Of a DNA stretch of 64,000 nt, positions 1 through 13,663 are shown in pieces. The notes beneath the pieces were generated by a model. That model searched no databases. It was given only the letters and a program-made list of their open reading frames with translations, and had not been told where the DNA came from. Numbering within the stretch: the first letter of the stretch is position 1; each line of letters opens with the position of its first letter. This DNA comes from Octopus vulgaris (Eukaryota), in assembly GCA_951406725.2 (NCBI GenBank), contig OX597819.1:67952001-68016000 (forward strand), read 5' to 3'. Made by a program: the position numbers and the translations under genes.

Positions 1-174
1 TGATAAATTGAGTACCAGTAAAACACTGGGGTCAATGTAATCGACTTATCCTCACCCCCAATATTTCAAGCCTTGTGTTTATACTAGAAATTATTATTTT
101 AACATAAACTCTCAACTTATTTTGCTGTGTATGATGGGAAGTGCCAGCTGTTCCCAACCAGCCAACTAAGGGGA

Positions 175-2200
175 TACTTATTTACTGATCATTCTTTAAG
201 AACCCTGCGGAGAACTCGTGCAGTTCCATGCAATGACGATTTTTGTACGTGTTCTATATTTACATTGGTACCAATATTTCTGAGTCACGTAAGTAGTTGA
301 GCGCTGATACTTTCAAGCGCGCCAATCACTATGGGTATCACGTCCACTCACTTTATTGCCTACATCCTGAGTAATTCCCACTTGAACTAAATATACTTTC
401 TCTTCCTTTTTCTCTTCGATCCTGCTGTCATGAGGACATACTGTGTCGACTTTCAGCCGTGCTTCTCTTTCCTGTTCACCACAACAATGTCAGTTTTTAT
501 TTTCCGATGTCTTATCTGATTATTGCATCTTACAGGGTTTTGCAATCTTCATTCTCATTAACTCCCTCTGGGATTTGGTCATACAACCACATTGCTCTTT
601 GTAGGCCATAAATTTCCACAGAGCTCCCAATTGATATTATTTGCTACATTGTCATGTCATCTTTTGTATTCGCAAATTTCGGTCACATAGTGTTTCACCC
701 CTCTCACAGCACATTCTGCATGTGTCGTTCTAAGTCATGTTACCAATTCTACACTTCACATAGTTTATCATCAATGCTCATTCTTCTGCCGCACATATAA
801 TTGCTTCTGTTTCTATATCCATGTCATTTCTCCGTATCCATAACCATCGGCCTTCGTATCTGTCTTGGAGCTCATATCTCATGAAAATTGACCGAACATT
901 TTTTTTCTTTCAATACTTCTTTTTTATGTACTTTTCTTCTTTATATTATTCTTCTTAACACAGTTATCAATTTTAATGAAGCCAGATTACTTCACAAGTA
1001 TCGGCAACAGTGCCATGGCATGTTTTACATACCACACTAAGCTATTTTCCTCTGCTTCAACACAACCCTGACAACTGATCGAACAACTACCATGCTTTCT
1101 TCTGGATAAGTACAACCTGTCAGTGTCACTCTTGAGATCGAATGTTCTGTGCACTTTCAATCATTTCCGTTCTTTCGTTTCCATACTCATCAAGTCTTTT
1201 GCCAGTTTATGATCCTAGTTCCATACCGAAGTGACGCTAACGCCCATATATTTAATGCTTGGATTATATTCCATCCAGTAAATTTTCTGTGCAACACCAA
1301 TCTTATTCCGCGGAAATATTCTTTCCTCAGTTTTTCTTTCTCTGTGATTTCATTGAACTCTAGTATGCCAAGGTACTTATAGCCTTCCTCTTCAATTTAT
1401 TCCATTACTTCTCCATTTCGTAAATTTATCCTTGCCAGAGTCTGTACCTTGTGTCTTTCCAGGTTCATTACAACACATTTGTTGTGTCCGAATTTCATCT
1501 TAACATCAGTACTAAAACGGTAGGCCATGTTCACCAAGGAACTTGTACCTCATCCTTGCCTTATAGCTTCATATAAACCATGAATACTTGATGGTTGATT
1601 CTTTGCCTTTTTTTCATTTAACTGATATCTCAGGTTCAGTTTCCTCAGCGCCAAGGATAATACAAAGTAGAAAAAGCAACGGAGATAGTATGTCTCCTTG
1701 GAAAATCCTTCTCCTGATACACATGTGACCAAAGCTTTTTCTGTGGGTGGTCATCTTAGATTTCTAACCAAACATTCTTCCCTTCAGAAAATAGTATCTA
1801 AATTCTCGATGGTCCACGAATGTGGAACGATATCGTAAGTTCTGCGGGAATCTCAACTTTGTCCCGCTTTGCTTCTTTATCAATAATTGCTCTTTGGTAT
1901 CTCTACGTCTCCATTGGTAAAATGTGGTTATTTATTAAAAAATGTGTACATTTCTTCTGCAAACTTTGCTGACAGTAACTTCCACATTAATGGAAAGCAT
2001 GAAATTGGGTTGTAATTGTCGGCAGCATTTCCTTTCGGTATGTCCTTCATGCACAACATTGTTCTTTTGCCAAACACTCGGAGATTTCATCTCCTTGGAT
2101 CAGTGCATCGATTTACGGTACCTACGGAACCTTTTTTTTTGTCTTATTCAAAATCCTTATACACTATCAGGTTCTGCTGCTTTCTAATAGCTCATCTTGA
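175..2200 (-). mobile_element. Degenerate R4/Dong-like non-LTR retrotransposon (RT, CCHC finger, restriction-like endonuclease), 3' half
   Basis: Minus-strand translation fragments CRMCCERGET, HDNVA, TDIVVVNR and terminal KSSLHGTARVLRRVLKE* match RLE-type LINE C-termini. Many frameshifts and stops; boundaries approximate. Confidence 0.75.
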
Positions 2201-3342
2201 TATAAGATCACCGCGTCGCTCACATATTGAAGGGATGCACGTGTCTAATGTAGTTTTATCAGACGTATAGTCGTAATGGGTATATTGAACCGCTCCCCAA
2301 AATAAATTATTTGTGTGTGTGTGTGTGTGTGTGTGTTTATGTTTGTGTGTGTCTGTATCTATGTACATATATATGTGTTTATATATATTCGTATAAGTGT
2401 AGCAATTACTTTCAGTGAGTAGCTTGTAACACGCATTCGCTATCTGTTTTAAAACGCCATGTAGTGGATTCCAACTGACAGCGACATACATTCGACCCTA
2501 TGCGTATATGATCTTTGACTTTATATACAGTTATGGTGTTGACTGTATCTATAAATACAACGGAGAAGAGGTAGAAACGATGATTAAGAAATGGGAAATA
2601 AAAGGTGAATGAGTGGGAAAATACCTAGAACTGGTGTGGCGGAACAAACTTTAGTAATAAGGAAAATAATTTATAGTCACACACTTGGGTGAAAGGCAAG
2701 ATATAGAAATAATAAACCAATATTTTATTTGAATTCTTTTAAATTATTTCATTACATACTTCATAAAATCTTCAGAACATTTATGCTTTTAATTTTCTCT
2801 TGTATTTCATTTCTCTTTAACTTCTATATTTTTAAAATTTTGATTATCATAAGTTTTAAGAGACTTATCTTTTTACATAATTATATCCCTTCTTTTCGGT
2901 TTTTAAGGTTTTAAATATGTCAAATTATATGAAATAAAACAGGACTAACGTCCCTTTTAATAGCCGTATTAAGTTTGGTAGACTTATCTCTTCTATCGAT
3001 AATTGGTGCATATTCATATTACGGATATGTTTTATAGCGAACATCGAATTGCTTTAAAAAACAGCTGCATTTTCAACTCAGCTTATATCTTTTGAATATG
3101 GTTTACATAATAACTCATACTGTTCTTCCTTTCTTTCATTATCGGGATACATTTAGAATGGTTGCGGCCATGCTGAATGCATTACATTTCAAGGGTTTAG
3201 ACTAATATATCTACCACAGTGCATCTTTCAGCAAGCCACCTATTTCAAAGATCACTGTTTTCCTAAACTTGTAACTTTCGGTCCATATTGAGGAAGAAAC
3301 ATAGACTACGCCTATCAATTGATGAAAATCATAAACACACAG

Positions 3343-3373
<31 letters not shown>

Positions 3374-3490
3374 TACATATATATTGATACATACATATAT
3401 ACATATATACATATATATAAACATACACATACATTTATATATACATACATAAATATATATATTTATACACACACACACACATATTTATAC

Positions 3491-3524
<34 letters not shown>

Positions 3525-3534
3525 GTATATATGT

Positions 3535-3880
3535 AGTGGGACTGAAGGTGGCATCTTGGGCAAGTGTCTTCTGCTATAGCCCCGGGCCGACCAATGCCTT
3601 GTGAGTGGATTTGGCAGACGGAAACTGAAAGAAACCTGTCGTATATATGTATATATATATATGTATGTGTGTGTATATGTTTGTGTGTCTTTGTTTGTCC
3701 CCCTAGCATTGCTTGACAACCGATGCTGGTGTGTTTATGTCCCCGTCACTTAGCGGTTCGGCAAAAGAGACCGATAGAATAAGTACTGGGCTTACAATGA
3801 ATAAGTCCCGGGGTTGAGTTGCTCGATTAAAGGCGGTACCCCAGCATGGCCGCAGTCAAATGACTGAAACAAGTAAAAGA
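3535..3880 (+). mobile_element. SINE family S1 (tRNA-type head, internal microsatellite), head truncated
   Basis: GGGCAAGTGTCTTCTGCTATAGC...GGAAACTGAAAGAAACCTGTCG-(TA/TG)n-...GCAGTCAAATGACTGAAACAAGTAAAAGAG, repeated many times in the window. Confidence 0.8.
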
Positions 3881-4296
3881 GTGAAAAGAGAGTGAATGTA
3901 TGTATGTATAAATATGTGTGCGCGTGTGTATTTGTGTGTGAGCAAGTATACTTACATATATATTGGTTATGTGTAGTAGAAGCAGTGTTAGATAAAAATA
4001 GCAAGATGTGTATCTTACTTGAATCAGAAACATCATTAAAAGCTCAATAGGTTGTAGATCTTACACTTTTAAGAAAGAAAAGACAGAAATGGCACTTGAA
4101 AATCGCTCCAGTGTATTTCAGTGTATTCCAGCCCCTTTGAGCTTCGTCTGTGTTAAATATCCACTCGCGGACACAAGCTCAGAAAAAAACCTCAAACTCA
4201 GAAACTGTTGATATTGTCGAAATTGTAGGCACCCTACCGGCTACCAGGGATATTAGTGTTTTTTCCATTACTGTCGTTCTATATCAAGAAGGAATG

Positions 4297-4371
<75 letters not shown>

Positions 4372-4378
<7 letters not shown>

Positions 4379-4495
4379 CCATACAATAACCATCAGAGCA
4401 TCACAACAAATCACAGCACATACCCAAGGCACACAGAGCTGCGCTCGGTAGTGAAGTGAAAGCACGCTATAAAAATAAAAATAAAACTACTGAAT
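4372..4495 (+). mobile_element. Probable 3' UTR of an R4/Dong-like LINE embedded in (TAA)n
   Basis: About 120 bp of unique sequence flanked on both sides by (AAT)n, next to an RLE C-terminal fragment. Confidence 0.45.
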
Positions 4496-4549
4496 AATAA
4501 TAATAATAATAATGTTGATGATGATGATGATGATGATAATGTATGCGAT

Positions 4550-4778
4550 AACGAAGATAGAAAAGTCGAGAGATATGACAAGTTAGCTTGGGAAGTTAAG
4601 CAGTTGTGGTCGATGAAAAAGGTAGCAGTATTACCAATAATTGTCGGAGCCGGGGAACAGTGAGCAAAAGTCTCGAGAAGTACGTGGAACAAATAGGGGC
4701 TGCAATAAGGGCGGACCACTTGCAGAACACAGCACTGCTTCGAACGGCTGGAATACCCCAGAAGGTCCTCGAAAAATA
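4550..4778 (+). mobile_element. R4/Dong-like LINE restriction-like endonuclease C-terminus (5'-truncated)
   Basis: EDRKVERYDKLAWEVKQLWSMKKVAVLPIIVGA/GTVSKSLEKYVEQIG...LQNTALLRTAGIPQKVLEK*. Confidence 0.8.
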
Positions 4779-4781
4779 AGA

Positions 4782-5170
4782 GGTTCCAAACGTTCCCGCA
4801 AAGCAAATTAAATAAAATTTGGGATTTGCGGAGGGTTAAATGGTAACAAAAACGGGACAGTAAGAACAAAACAATAAAAACAAACGGTAAAGGCTGTCAG
4901 CCATAACGAGGTGAAGTGGTGAACGCTGGAGAAACGAACTTTGACAGGACACAGGCAAAAGCGTGTCTTGTCTCTTGTAAAGCAAGAAGAAAAAGGAAGA
5001 TAGCTGCTGGTCACATGTGAGCAACGAGAGAGTCAAGGAGGAAGACTGAGAGAGAGAGGGGGAGAGGGAGAGAGAACAGTAAAGGGGAGGAGAAAAAAGG
5101 ACGAATAATAGGAATAATAAAGAGACGTGGTCAACTGGTTCAGGTCAAACAACTGACAAGCAAATCTGTG
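4782..5170 (-). mobile_element. Truncated relative of the 12233/52200 non-coding element family (ribozyme part missing)
   Basis: CCCGCAAAGCAAATTAAATAAAATTTGGGATTTGCGGAGGG...GGTAACAA aligns with 52505-52570 and 12511-12580. Confidence 0.6.
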
Positions 5171-5915
5171 GTATTAAGCAGAATATTTGCTGCAGCCCAT
5201 CTTTTTTTCTTTTTTTATTATTATGGTTGTTGTTGTTGTTGTTGTTGTTGTTATTGTTGTTGCTGCTGTTGCTGTTGTTGTTGTTGTCATCATCAGCATC
5301 ATTATTATTGAGTCGGTAGTTTCCTCGCGAGGTGAGAAAAAAATACCTAGTGGCATTTATTTCGTTCCTCTTTACGTTTTAAGTTTGAAATTCCGCAAAC
5401 TTTAACGTTCATCTTTTCGAGGTCGATGACAGAAATACCAATTGCAAGCTGGTGTCGAGGAATTCTGCTAACTTCCCACTTCCCAACAAATTTAGGTCGT
5501 GTACCTATAGTAAAAAGGATGAATTTTCTAAATACCAAGTCAGTACATTGAAGTATTTTTAATACCAAACCGAGTGCACAATATTTCAAATAGCCGCAAA
5601 ACAGCCTTTTACATACAAATTGGATAAGCAAGATTATTTCAGTCACGAATGTCAATGTGTTTTTTTTTTTAGCAGCGAGTTCGTGGATAGGTTAGAAAGA
5701 TGCATCAAACAGAGTCGAATTGTGCAGCACATGCAGCTGTTGCTACTACTTTTCTACCCACGAGCATATTGTGCATGTTGGTATAATGTTTACAATCCTC
5801 GTGACATAATCTTGTCTAAAAAAAAATATAAATATATTGTATATGATACATGACATAATACGCACGCACACGCATACACACAGACACACACACAGACACA
5901 CACATACACACACAG

Positions 5916-6031
<116 letters not shown>

Positions 6032-6673
6032 TGGAATGTGTATACTATTGTAAATAAATAATTCTATTCTAAACATATGTTATATAAATTATATATTAGG
6101 CGTATCGACAAAATTTGTTCCATTTGTATAATCATTTCATCTGTGAAGAAACACATTGAAGCACACGCAAGCGTGTATATGGTTCGACACACTTATAAAT
6201 ATACTTCGAACACTCACACACGCTCACACATACACATACGTGCATATACGCCTCAACAAACATACGCATCCGTGTATGACAGTGGATATGTGCATGTGTA
6301 TGGTTGTGTGTGTGCGTGATTGTATGTGTGTGTGAGGGTGGTGTACACATGTATTACAGGAACACTGGATGTGAGGGTATTGTGTGTATCTAGGTGTAAA
6401 TATCTAAGTATTCGATTGGTTCGTATCTGCAAGATATGCTATCAATAGTTTATGTTACGTACCCATTTTACATATTGTATAGATCGAGTACATTCAGGAG
6501 TTCAAAGAAGCTGGCATGTATCGATTAAATAATATATGACTATGGTAATTTCTGGATATGTACAAACAAACACACACACACACACACGTACGCATGGGGA
6601 TACTCATGTACACCCATACACACACACATATATATATGTGTATGCATATATGTATATGTATATACAATACATG

Positions 6674-6766
<93 letters not shown>

Positions 6767-6876
6767 ACACACAGCCCCAACAGATATGTGCATTTGGTAA
6801 GCAAGATTTGTATCGATATAGATATATGTGCAAACAAACGCACACACTCACAGATGTGTGTATACATGTATATATT

Positions 6877-6910
<34 letters not shown>

Positions 6911-7575
6911 TATATATATAAACTTGCGTATATGTATAAGTATGAGTGTGTGTATGTTTGTGCGTGAGCAAATGTGTCTCATTTTTGCATTTTCAGGCGA
7001 ACGTCATCCTTATACATAACATATTTATCCCCGTCCTGTTTTGCAGTTTCTCATTATTCCTCTCTATATATGTGTGTTTGTTCCTACACAATCATACACA
7101 CAGATAGATAGATACATACATACATGCCTACATACATCCATACATACATACATACATACATACATACATACATACATACATACATACATACATACATACA
7201 TACATACATACATAGAGAAAGCGAGATAAGGAATTGTGTATGATTTCACGAGTATGTATGCATGTATATATTCCGGTATGTATATATGTACGTATATATG
7301 TGCGTACATGCGTCGGTGTATGAATGTATACAAGCAATTACATATATGAACATATACTATGCAACTATATATATATATACATATATATGTGTGAGTGTAT
7401 GTTTGTGTGTATATATATGTGTGTGCATATGTAACTGTGTATGTATGTATGTACGTAAGTATGTATATATCATATTTATATATCTATACATACATTTATG
7501 TATACACACACACGCATATGTATATTTATGTATGTATGTATATATGTATCTGTGTATATATATATATATGTATGC

Positions 7576-7619
<44 letters not shown>

Positions 7620-10108
7620 ATATACTCACGCATATACATAGGCACATACATACACATGCACACGTACATACATATGATATGCAAATATCCGATGTAGATA
7701 CACAAGCATTAGTGCATATCGGTAATGCACTGCTAGTCAGTTCATCCAAAAATACTTCGGTTGATAGTTCTGGCCAGTTATGTTGTGGCTGAATGGGGGA
7801 AGAAAGAGAAGAGTAAAAGCCAGCCAAGTGAAAGAGAGAGAGAGAATGAGAGAGAGGGAGACAAAGCATGAAAGCACCAGAGTGGACAGAGACAGAGGAG
7901 GCGTGGGAGGGGTGTTGGAGACTTGTCAATCTCTGAGAGATGAAACAAAATGTGATATAGTTTGGGTTTTCTTTTTTTATTAATTTACACAAATAAAAGC
8001 AGAGAGAAAAATTGCTGCTTAACGTTGTACTGTATATGTAGAATATGGCGATATCCAATGAACGTCAGGAAATCATTAATGCATATTGGTTATTCAATGA
8101 AAGAAAATATTTCATTTGATTTTCTTTTTTTATTTTACTTGTACACGTAATTCCTTTTCTGTTTGTACGCCGTCGTGTTTGCATATGTATGGATGGGTGT
8201 GATTTACTTGTATATTTATGTGTGTGTGTGTATGCGTGTGTGTGTATTTGTGTGTGCGCGTGTGTGCTAGCTTCAGTGTGCTTCGGGGGGGGGGGGGTTA
8301 GCATGTGTGGTTGTGTGTGTGTGTATGTGTGTGTGTATTCGTGTGTGTGTGTATTCTCCGTTTCTCCTTCTTTTAGTCGTGGCTGGTCAGCTATTCTGGA
8401 TGCTAGTGGTGTCCAGACGTAATATGCGCAAAGAAATATGGAGGACAGTGTCCTGGAAAAAAAAAAGAAGAAAGAAAAGTTGACGTGTAGAAAGTGACCT
8501 ACAGACGTACTATTTTTAAATTTTTTTTCGCCTTTCTATTGATGTTAGATTAACTGATACTGCTGATCAGCAGTTAAAGCTAATTTTAAAAATGAAGAAG
8601 TCGACGAAAACTAGTTTTCCTAGGAAGCAGACGTCGTTTGTATTTATTTAGATCCAACACAGTTTTGCCGATCAAAAATATAGCAAACAATGGTCAATGT
8701 GTAACAATCTTGCTTTTTATCTGGAGTAACGTATTTTAATCTGAGATGGTCGAAAATACTTTGATTGATATTTCTAGCAAATGACGGTACGATATAATGG
8801 TTCTTTCGTTCATTCAAATAAATGACGATTGTTTGCGTTTACTTAAGCCAAAGTTTGCTGAGTTACAGAAAATATTACTGTTTTGTACAAAATAATTTAA
8901 AAGTATTTGCTGTAATCATTTTCGTTGCATAAAACATCATTCTATAACATGTACATACATGCATACATACAGACATACAGAGAGACAGACTGACACATTT
9001 ACAAGCATATTTTACATACGTACATATATCCATATATACGCATGCATACGTACACAAACATACATACATACAAATTTACGTACATAATTACATACACAAA
9101 ATACATACATACACATACATACACGTATACATGCGCACACATACATACATATATATACATACATTCATTCATACATACGTACATGCATGCATACATACGT
9201 ACATATATCCATATACACACATACGTATACATACGTACAAACATAAATACATATATACGCACACATACCAGCATATATATATACATATATACACAGACAT
9301 TCGAATACTTACATACACACATACACAGATACATACAAACACCCGTACATACATATACACACAAAAGTACGTACAGAATTAAACAAAAAAAAGAGCGTAC
9401 CCTCATAGAGGTCAGCTCTTCTACTGATTTCAATAGTGCTTTGAAAATCTAACAGAAGGAGGTTAACTACGGAAGATTGCTTCAAAACCTCCAGCTTCTA
9501 TACCCAGATAATACATTTACATTTATACCAATAATAATTGGTAAATTTGACTTAGCGTGTAAATGCCTTAGTAATAATCTGGACAACTAGGTTTTCCAGA
9601 AAATGAAATCCACCATATTAATCCCATATCCGAAACACAACCTGTAAATGGAACGGTTAAAATATGCAAGACTCTTTTCAAGTTTAAAATGTGACATTGT
9701 TTTTGTTATCTTTATGACAACGATTAAATATAAACTGGAGAGCGCCTTCTTTCATAGAGGAATAATTTAAATAATGAAAAAGAGAAGTGAAAAAAAGGCG
9801 AACACTATGCTGAACTGAGAAATCTGCATTTACGCTATCCAGATTACAATTTCAGGTTTATACCTGCAACTATTGGGGCCCTGGGATATATAAGACACTG
9901 ACTAAATACCAGTCTTGAGAAATTTTGCTTCTTAAATCCAGAAAGGAGAAAGCTAATTCGAAGACTACATATCCAATCCATCACTGTAACTGTAAAAATC
10001 TGTAAAACTTGCCAGAAGTTTATTATTTAAATGTATATGAGTATGTCTAGATATGTAACTATATGCATGAGAATACATACCTAAAAGATACATACATACA
10101 TACATACA

Positions 10109-10140
<32 letters not shown>

Positions 10141-10149
10141 AACAAAACA

Positions 10150-10410
10150 AAAATACCTTGCTGTTGATGTTGAAATTCCAATGAAGGAACTTTGGATCTA
10201 GGTTAATAACCGGTTCTTTTTCTATTGGTAAGACATCTTGAAATAAAACTGAATAATGATATACATACAAATACACATACATAATACATACAAACATACT
10301 CTGTTGATGTTAAGATTCCAATAAAGGATCCTTGGATCTAGGTTAGAAACCGGCTCTTTCGCTGTTGGCAAGAAATCTTGAAATAAAACTGAATAATGAT
10401 ATATATATAC
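10150..10410. repeat. Two diverged tandem copies of a roughly 140-bp short repeat
   Basis: CTGTTGATGTT...TTGGATCTAGGTTA.AACCGG...ATCTTGAAATAAAACTGAATAATGATATA occurs twice. Confidence 0.75.
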
Positions 10411-11009
10411 ATACAACAAAAAATGCATTTCAGTATCACCTTCGATTTCTTATTATCTGGCGTCTACGTGAGTTACATGCGACGAACAAATGACGGTTCC
10501 CAGTAAATTAAAAATTGAAATCTCTTATTGATGAGCCTTACATCAATAACTGACACATTGACAATTTCAATAATTTAAAAGAATTTCAAAACAATTTACT
10601 AATAAGTTTGTCGTATGAAATCGTTTCACCAAACAGAATTAAATTCGCAGAACTTATATCCCAGTCTTTCAGATTAAACAATTCCCATCAGTGAAGAACG
10701 GAATCTACAATAAAATCATATTGTTAAGTGCACAAGCAAATGTCATGATGAATATAAGACATCTATCACCAATTCTTTACTCAGAAAGACATATTCGATA
10801 TCCTGTAGCACTTCAATTTATGAGAAACAAGTAAATACATTTTAATATTGCCCCGCCTCTGCACTTTCCTAGAAGCAATACGAAATATCCTATTAAAAAT
10901 ACATAAGCTGAAGAAATGTACCATACTAGTCCATAATTTCAAGCAGATATAAATACGACGTCATTAAACTCAACTCTGATGAATTAGCAAAACGCTTCGC
11001 AATTAACTA

Positions 11010-11520
11010 TGGACGCATATGTGACTTCGTGGTAAGAAATTTGCTTCACAACCACATGGTCCCAGGTTCAGTCCCTCATTGTGCCATCTTGGACAAATGT
11101 TTTCAACTGTAACCGCGAGTCAACCAAAGATTACTGAGTCAGACTTGGTAGACGGTAAATGAAAGAAGACTGTCGTATATATATGTGCTGGTGTTTGTGT
11201 GTGTATGTGTGTGTGAGTGCGTATGTGAGTGTGCGCGTGTGTGCTTGTGTGTGTGTCTGTGTGAGAGCGTATGTGAGTGTATGCGTGTGTATTTGTGTGT
11301 GCTTGTGTGTGTATCCGTATGTGTCTTTGTGTCTGTGTTAGTACTCCACAACCGGTGTTGGTGTATTTATGTCCTCGTAACATAGCGTTTCGGCAAAACG
11401 GCCCAAAGAAAAAGTACCTAGCTTTAAAATAATAGCACTGGCGTCGATACAATCGAATGAGAATTCTTGAAGGCGCCACAGTCTAATGAGCGAAACCTGT
11501 TTGCAGCATTGGACTGCGGC
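11010..11520 (+). mobile_element. SINE family S1, diverged
   Basis: GTGGTAAG...AACCACATGGTCCCAGGTTCAGTCCC head, GGACAAATGT core, TG microsatellite, tail. Confidence 0.65.
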
Positions 11521-11919
11521 CATGATGGGGCACTGCATTGAAGGATTATTTCTATATTGACTTTTCAAGTCGAACTAACCGATCTCAATGCTTGTGTTAT
11601 ATATGTTAAGTCTGGAACTTATTCTATCGGTTTGTTTGCTAAATAGCTGAGATACGAGGACCTTAACAAACCAACACGACCTCTCAAATCTTGGCATAAC
11701 GTTCAGTCCCACAATGTGATATGTTGGGCAAGTGTTACTACTATAGCCTCGGGCGGACGAAAATGTTGTGAGCGGAATATATATTGTGTGTGTGTATGTG
11801 TGTGTGTCTGTGTGTGTGTATGTGTGTATGGCAAATGAAAAACGGAAGATCGAATATACCTGGTAGGTTACTGGCTTTACCAGTAAGTTAATAGGTATAA
11901 GCCATTCGTTTTATTATCC

Positions 11920-11984
<65 letters not shown>

Positions 11985-12190
11985 ATAGTAATGCAATACG
12001 AGAGTATTGCTTTCCAGTAAAGGATAGCCCGTGAGGGTAAAATTATACATAAAAGTAAATAAATGGCACAACGAAGTACCGAAATTTACTGGAAAATAGC
12101 GAACGTAATAAATACGACGCTAATGTATAGCTTCACTGCGTATGTACTAGTAAAAATGCGTGTGTGCAACAAACATGAAAAAAATTGTCT

Positions 12191-12234
<44 letters not shown>

Positions 12235-12431
12235 GTTAAAAAAAATATATGCATATATATAAACATATATGTACGTACCTACCTCTACATGTACATATAC
12301 ACGCATATATGTGTACAGGACACCAAAAGGACGTCGAACACATAGAGAGACGAAAAACATAGACACAAACCAAGGAACAAGACAAGCAAAAAAAGGAGAT
12401 ACAGGACAGTAAGCACAACGAAAAATCCCCT

Positions 12432-12511
12432 TCTTCAGTCGCTAAAGTTTCATCTACTAAACGTTTCGAAGGATAAAAGCGAGACGTATACTTCGAATGA
12501 AAAATTCCTTC
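12432..12511 (-). ncRNA. Candidate reverse-order (permuted) hammerhead ribozyme, copy 1
   Basis: Minus strand: GAAGGA ATT TTTCAT TCGAAGTAT ACGT C TCGCT TTTA TCCTTC GAA ACGT TTAGTAG ATGAAA CTTT AGCGA CTGAAGA. GUC cleavage triplet; all helices Watson-Crick. Confidence 0.65.
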
Positions 12512-13266
12512 CCGCGAAAAGCAAATCAATTAAAATTCTGAGATCTTGTCGCGGAGGGGTAAAAAAAAGCAAGACGGTAACGACAGTACAAACATATAAA
12601 CAGTAAAAAATATATATATAAACAGTGGAAAAATAAATATATAACAGTGAGAGACAGGACAAGGAGAACAAGATAAGAAGGGCTGTTAACGCCAGACGAA
12701 AAAAGTATTGCAAACGCTGGATTATAGTGGACGACGAGAGAGGAAGATGTCGACCAGTGGCCTTAGAAGGCAGGTGAGGAAAGACGGGATAGCAGTTACG
12801 ACGGAAGTACGTCGCAGATGGACGACGGGAATGGGGGAGGAGGAGCAAGAGGAAGAGAGAGAAGAAGGGGAATGGTGCGAGGAGACCATGAAGAACAGTG
12901 AGGGGGAGAGAGAGAGGAAGAGACAAGTTAAGTGAGGGAAAAAGGACGAAAAAGGGAATGGGAGAGAAAGAAAGAAAGATGCAGAGTCGCGTGAGAGTTA
13001 ATATCAAGGCGAACTTGATAAACAGAACAATCTTACTTAATAGGGTGCGTGCGTTTAGTCGTATAATATGTTAAAAAAAATATATGCATATATATAAACA
13101 TATATGTACGTACCTACCTCTACATGTACATATACACGCATATATGTGTACAGGACACCAAAAGGACGTCGAACACATAGAGAGACGAAAAACATAGACA
13201 CAAACCAAGGAACAAGACAAGCAAAAAAAGGAGATACAGGACAGTAAGCACAACGAAAAATCCCCT

Positions 13267-13346
13267 TCTTCAGTCGCTAAAGTTTCATCTACTAAACGTT
13301 TCGAAGGATAAAAGCGAGACGTATACTTCGAATGAAAAATTCCATC
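13267..13346 (-). ncRNA. Candidate reverse-order hammerhead ribozyme, copy 2
   Basis: Identical to 12432-12511 except at 13344 (GAAGGA to GATGGA in the stem II 5' strand). Confidence 0.6.
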
Positions 13347-13631
13347 CCGCGAAAAGCAAATCAATTAAAATTCTGAGATCTTGTCGCGGAGGGGTAAAAA
13401 AAAGCAAGACGGTAACGACAGTACATACATATATAATATAATATACATTTTTGTATATGGTATAATTTAATTATATTCTTGAATTGCTACATGGTTCTTC
13501 TCTAATTTATATACATATATCATATATTGTGAAATTTGAGTTAGTATTACTAAATTGAATTTAGTAATACTAATACCTCCTCTAAGTTTGAAATCATATT
13601 CCCTATTATAATAATAATAATAATAATAATA

Positions 13632-13663
<32 letters not shown>

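Larger units (their letters stand above)
12233..13425 (-). mobile_element. Non-coding retrozyme/Penelope-like element, 835-bp unit plus 358-bp terminal direct repeat
   Basis: 12233-12590 is nearly identical to 13068-13425 (one substitution seen). Each repeat carries a permuted hammerhead. Inserted in TA-rich simple sequence. Confidence 0.75.

Noticed and set aside
8579-8620. ATGAAGAAGTCGACGAAAACTAGTTTT, hammerhead-like
   Set aside because: No C3-G8 pair, loopless stem II and no stem I; at best a decayed relic
12511-12562. GCGGAGGGG resembling a twister ribozyme 3' end
   Set aside because: Only a CGCGA/TCGCG hairpin; lacks the UAA cleavage loop and L4 consensus
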